DNA of 28,028 bases from a virus (lineage: Duplodnaviria; Caudoviricetes), in the IMG/VR virus record IMGVR_UViG_3300020044_005424, positions 1 to 28,028 of that record; one strand, 5' to 3'. The position numbers were made by a program, and so were the translations under genes. Positions 25,283 to 28,028 of this stretch are shown here, piece after piece (the first letter of the stretch is position 1; each line of letters begins with the position of its first letter). A model generated the notes under the pieces. It was given only the letters and a program-made list of their open reading frames with translations. It did not search any database and was not told the origin of the DNA.

Positions 25283-26025
25283 AGCGATTGCGGCGCACGA
25301 ACCGCAAAACACGGGCATTCTGGCGCAAGTCGCGGCTGAAACACAAGCATTCGAGCTTGTGCAACGGCAAGCGATGATGCTCTCAAAGAACCCTAGTCCC
25401 CAAGGACTTTGCCGGCAATGTAGCAAACTGCGCGATTGCCCTCAATGTGGCAAAGCGCACAAGGCTCGACCCTTTGATGGTCACGCAAAACCTCGCCATT
25501 ATCCACGGGCGGCCAAGCTGGAGCGCAACGGCACTGATCGGCATGATCAACGCTAGCGGGAAATTCTCCCCCTTGCGCTTCGTGATGGACAACGACGAAA
25601 CCCCAACATCCTGCTACGCTGTCGCGCGTGACATGGCAACGGGTGAGGAACTCAAAGGCGAGCGCATCACGCTGGAGATGGCAAAGAAGGAAGGCTGGAG
25701 CACAAAGAACGGAAGCAAGTGGCTGACCATGCCTGGTCAAATGCTCCGCTATCGTGCCGCTTCATTCTGGAGCCGTGCATACGCCTCGGACATGTCGCTG
25801 GGCATGTACACGCAGGACGAGGTGCGAGACTTTGCAGAACCCCCGCGCAATGTCACCCCGAAGGCGAACCCATTCGTAGCTGAACCAGAACCCGAGCCGA
25901 AAGCTGAACCCGTCGAGGTTGTCGAGGCGCAGGTTGTTGAGGATAAGCCCAAGGGGAACACAAAACCCCACGCTGAAAAGATCGCAGAAGCATTCGAGAA
26001 AATGACCAAGGAGGTAGAACCATGA
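25251..26025 (+). CDS. RecT/Red-beta-like single-strand annealing protein, frameshifted near 25388
   Basis: Two track ORFs join as ...QAMMLSK|TLVPKDFAGNVANCAIALN...LAIIHGRPSWSA...SKWLTMPGQMLRYRAASFWSR; directly upstream of a RecE-like exonuclease. Confidence 0.8.
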
Positions 26026-26831
26026 GCAAGCTAGTCTACAACCTCGGGCGCAAGTATTACGAGGGGGGCGCAAGCCCCTCCAACTTGGGCGGGTATGTCT
26101 CCAAAAGCATGCTCTGGGACTTTGATCAAAGTCCTTGGAAATGGTTCCATAGTGGGCCGAAAGAGACAACACCGGCGATGGAGTTTGGAAGCCTTGTGCA
26201 TTGCCTTGCCCTCACGCCTACCGAGTACGCCGAAACCTATGCCGTTAGCGAATACGACTCATTCCGTACCAAAGCGGCACAGGAATGGCGGGATTCAATG
26301 GTGGCACAGGGTAAAATCTGCATCACGCAAGCCCAACTCAACGCCGCCAACGAATGTGCGGAGTCGATCTTAAATGACCTCGACATCCAGCCGCTATTTG
26401 TCACCGGCTACAAGACCGAGGTTGCCGTCTACTCGCAGATCGGGGAAACCAAGGTGCGCGGGATGATCGACCTTGTGCCACAGGCGGGGGATGACTTGGT
26501 GGACATCAAGACCACTTCGAGTATTGGCAAAGCTGACGACCTAGCGTCCCTTGTGGTGCGCCGAGGCTACCATTGGCAAGCCGCCCTCTACCTAGACCTG
26601 TTCAACGCCGCCACGGGGCTGGAGCGCACGAATTTTGTGCTTGCCTTTGTCGAAACATCTGCGCCTTATGAAACCGCAATCGTCAACTTGTCCGGTGATT
26701 TCATCGAGCAAGGGCGAATCGGGTACATGAACGCCATAGCTAAATACCAGAAATGTGTCTCGGAGAAGATGTTTCCGAAGGCAGTTGAAGGAATCCAAGA
26801 ACTCTCATTCCCCAAGTGGGCAATCAAATAA
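26022..26831 (+). CDS. RecE/exonuclease VIII-like PD-(D/E)XK nuclease (DUF3799-type)
   Basis: SKSML, TPAMEFGSLVHCLAL, KVRGMIDLV...DIKTT, YHWQAALY. Confidence 0.9.
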   Translation: MSKLVYNLGRKYYEGGASPSNLGGYVSKSMLWDFDQSPWKWFHSGPKETTPAMEFGSLVHCLALTPTEYAETYAVSEYDSFRTKAAQEWRDSMVAQGKICITQAQLNAANECAESILNDLDIQPLFVTGYKTEVAVYSQIGETKVRGMIDLVPQAGDDLVDIKTTSSIGKADDLASLVVRRGYHWQAALYLDLFNAATGLERTNFVLAFVETSAPYETAIVNLSGDFIEQGRIGYMNAIAKYQKCVSEKMFPKAVEGIQELSFPKWAIK

Positions 26832-26840
26832 CAATACGCC

Positions 26841-27146
26841 ATGAAGCAAACAATAGACATAAGCCTGGACACAACGAAGATCGACAAGACCGCTCTCTAC
26901 GAGTCACCGAAGAACGGGAAGAAATACCTCTCCGTCACGGTTCTGATTCGTGAAGAGAAGGACAAGTACGGATACGATGGTTTCGTCGTCCAGAAGATCA
27001 GCAAGGAACGCAAGGCCGCAGGCGAGAAAGGCCCGATCCTTGGTAACTGCAAGATCGTCGACTGGGAGGCACAGAAGCCAAGCGTGATCAAGGCGACTCT
27101 TCATCCAGACAAGTGGGATGATGAGGATTCGGAGATCCCTTTTTAG
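26841..27146 (+). CDS. Putative single-stranded DNA-binding protein
   Basis: Beta-rich body, acidic DDEDSEIPF C-terminal tail, follows recombinase and exonuclease. Confidence 0.65.
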   Translation: MKQTIDISLDTTKIDKTALYESPKNGKKYLSVTVLIREEKDKYGYDGFVVQKISKERKAAGEKGPILGNCKIVDWEAQKPSVIKATLHPDKWDDEDSEIPF

Positions 27147-27147
27147 C

Positions 27148-27215
27148 ATGGGTAATCTTGAGTGATGACAAGATGGGTGACCATTCCTTGGCCCGAGGGT
27201 TCATCGCAGGGCAAA
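27148..27215 (+). ncRNA. Candidate kissing-loop structured RNA
   Basis: ATCTTG[AGTGATGA]CAAGAT and GCCC[GAGGGTTCATCGCA]GGGC; loops complementary over 7 nt. Confidence 0.45.
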
Positions 27216-27234
27216 CCACTTTCCGATAACACTT

Positions 27235-27441
27235 ATGATTGAAATGTTGACACCAATGGAGGCGCAGAAGCTGGGTCATGTCCCGCTTACTCGCCCATAC
27301 AGAGAAGACTATGAACACGAAATGAGATGGCTTCGCACCGTTCTGCGTGACATGAGGGGATGCAACTTCTCCCTTGTGGATACTGGCAGAGGGCTTGAAG
27401 TCTGGAGACACAAAAAAGAACTAAACACGATCAAAGAATAA
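27235..27441 (+). CDS. Hypothetical protein
   Basis: 68-aa ORF in operon context. Confidence 0.65.
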   Translation: MIEMLTPMEAQKLGHVPLTRPYREDYEHEMRWLRTVLRDMRGCNFSLVDTGRGLEVWRHKKELNTIKE

Positions 27442-27445
27442 CACC

Positions 27446-27604
27446 ATGAAACTGAAACAAATCTACAAACCTGTTCGCGCCATTGGCAGCGACCCGCATT
27501 TAACCGTAGCCATCATGTCTGCCTTGGCATCGCCCAAGCATCGCAGGAGCGGACTAATTGAAGCACTCAAACGCCTAGCCAATAAGTATGGAGTTGCTAT
27601 TTAA
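27446..27604 (+). CDS. Hypothetical protein (52 aa)
   Basis: Not in track. MKLKQIYKPVRAIGSDPHLTVAIMSALASPKHRRSGLIEALKRLANKYGVAI fills the gap. Confidence 0.6.
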   Translation: MKLKQIYKPVRAIGSDPHLTVAIMSALASPKHRRSGLIEALKRLANKYGVAI

Positions 27605-27800
27605 CGACCTACCAGAAGAGCTTTCACCTCGCCTCAAGTGGCAGGAGAAGAAGGGAATTAAGACAATGCGCCGCGATGATGGAAAATGGGTGGCGTACAA
27701 GACCGAAACCCGCTTCAACAACTCCGATGAGAACGAGGTGGATGCTGTGATAGGACTGGCGAAGAAGCTGAAACTGAAATTGTGGCAGGAAGAAAACTAA
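27588..27800 (+). CDS. Hypothetical protein
   Basis: 70-aa ORF in operon context. Confidence 0.65.
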   Translation: MELLFNDLPEELSPRLKWQEKKGIKTMRRDDGKWVAYKTETRFNNSDENEVDAVIGLAKKLKLKLWQEEN

Positions 27801-27812
27801 AACAAATCAACG

Positions 27813-28028
27813 ATGTGGATACTACCAAAGCAATTACACACATTGGACTCTGTGCAGGATACGGAGGCATTGAACTTGGACTTAAACGAGTCATCCCAAC
27901 TATGCAGTCAGTCGCTCTTTGTGAGATCGAAGCCTTCCCCATTGCGAACTTGGTTGCAAAAATGGAAGCGGGACTCATGGAGTCAGCACCTATATGGACG
28001 GATCTTAAAACCTTCCCTTGGGAAAGCT
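27813..28028 (+). CDS. Overlapping alternative-frame ORF, possible second methyltransferase subunit (truncated)
   Basis: ATG at 27813 behind an A/C-rich leader: MWILPKQLHTLDSVQDTEALNLDLNESSQLCSQSLFVRSKPSPLRTWLQKWKRDSWSQHLYGRILKPSLGKA, 72 codons with no stop. Confidence 0.55.
   Translation, partial: MWILPKQLHTLDSVQDTEALNLDLNESSQLCSQSLFVRSKPSPLRTWLQKWKRDSWSQHLYGRILKPSLGKA
27815..28028 (+). CDS. DNA (cytosine-5)-methyltransferase, truncated at window edge
   Basis: Not in track. GTG start: MDTTKAITHIGLCAGYGGIELGL...LCEIEAF...PIWTDLKTFP, giving motifs I (variant), II and III. Confidence 0.85.
   Translation, partial: MDTTKAITHIGLCAGYGGIELGLKRVIPTMQSVALCEIEAFPIANLVAKMEAGLMESAPIWTDLKTFPWES

Noticed and set aside
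1-28028. CRISPR array, tRNA, integrase, reverse transcriptase
   Set aside because: No regularly spaced repeats, cloverleaf or matching protein motifs seen by eye; tRNAscan-SE and profile searches would be needed to exclude them formally.

Overview
This window is part of a tailed dsDNA phage genome with a podovirus-like gene set. There are two divergent arms. The minus-strand virion arm (20247 to <1) runs: tail nozzle, small fibre, three putative ejection proteins, TerS, TerL, portal, endonuclease VII-type homing endonuclease, scaffold. The plus-strand early/recombination arm (21228 to >28028) has many small ORFs, a DnaA-domain-IV-like protein, RecT-like and RecE-like proteins, an SSB-like protein and a C5 DNA methyltransferase. 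A ~1 kb non-coding region (20250-21227) separates the arms, and a regulatory island (345-1825) sits between portal and scaffold. The most notable signals are RNA-level. (1) A complete type II hammerhead ribozyme at 22393-22442. (2) A candidate sRNA at 1684-1791 (-) whose unpaired core is complementary to the start-codon regions of at least three early genes, including the gene directly behind the hammerhead. (3) Two candidate kissing-loop RNAs. Protein-level oddities include an E3-binding-like domain, a ParB-like domain and an HEXXH motif inside the largest virion protein, a dual-frame methyltransferase locus, and a homing endonuclease ending in a copy of the portal C-terminus. Several small indel-like lesions may be sequencing errors. 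All calls come from manual motif recognition; no searches were run.
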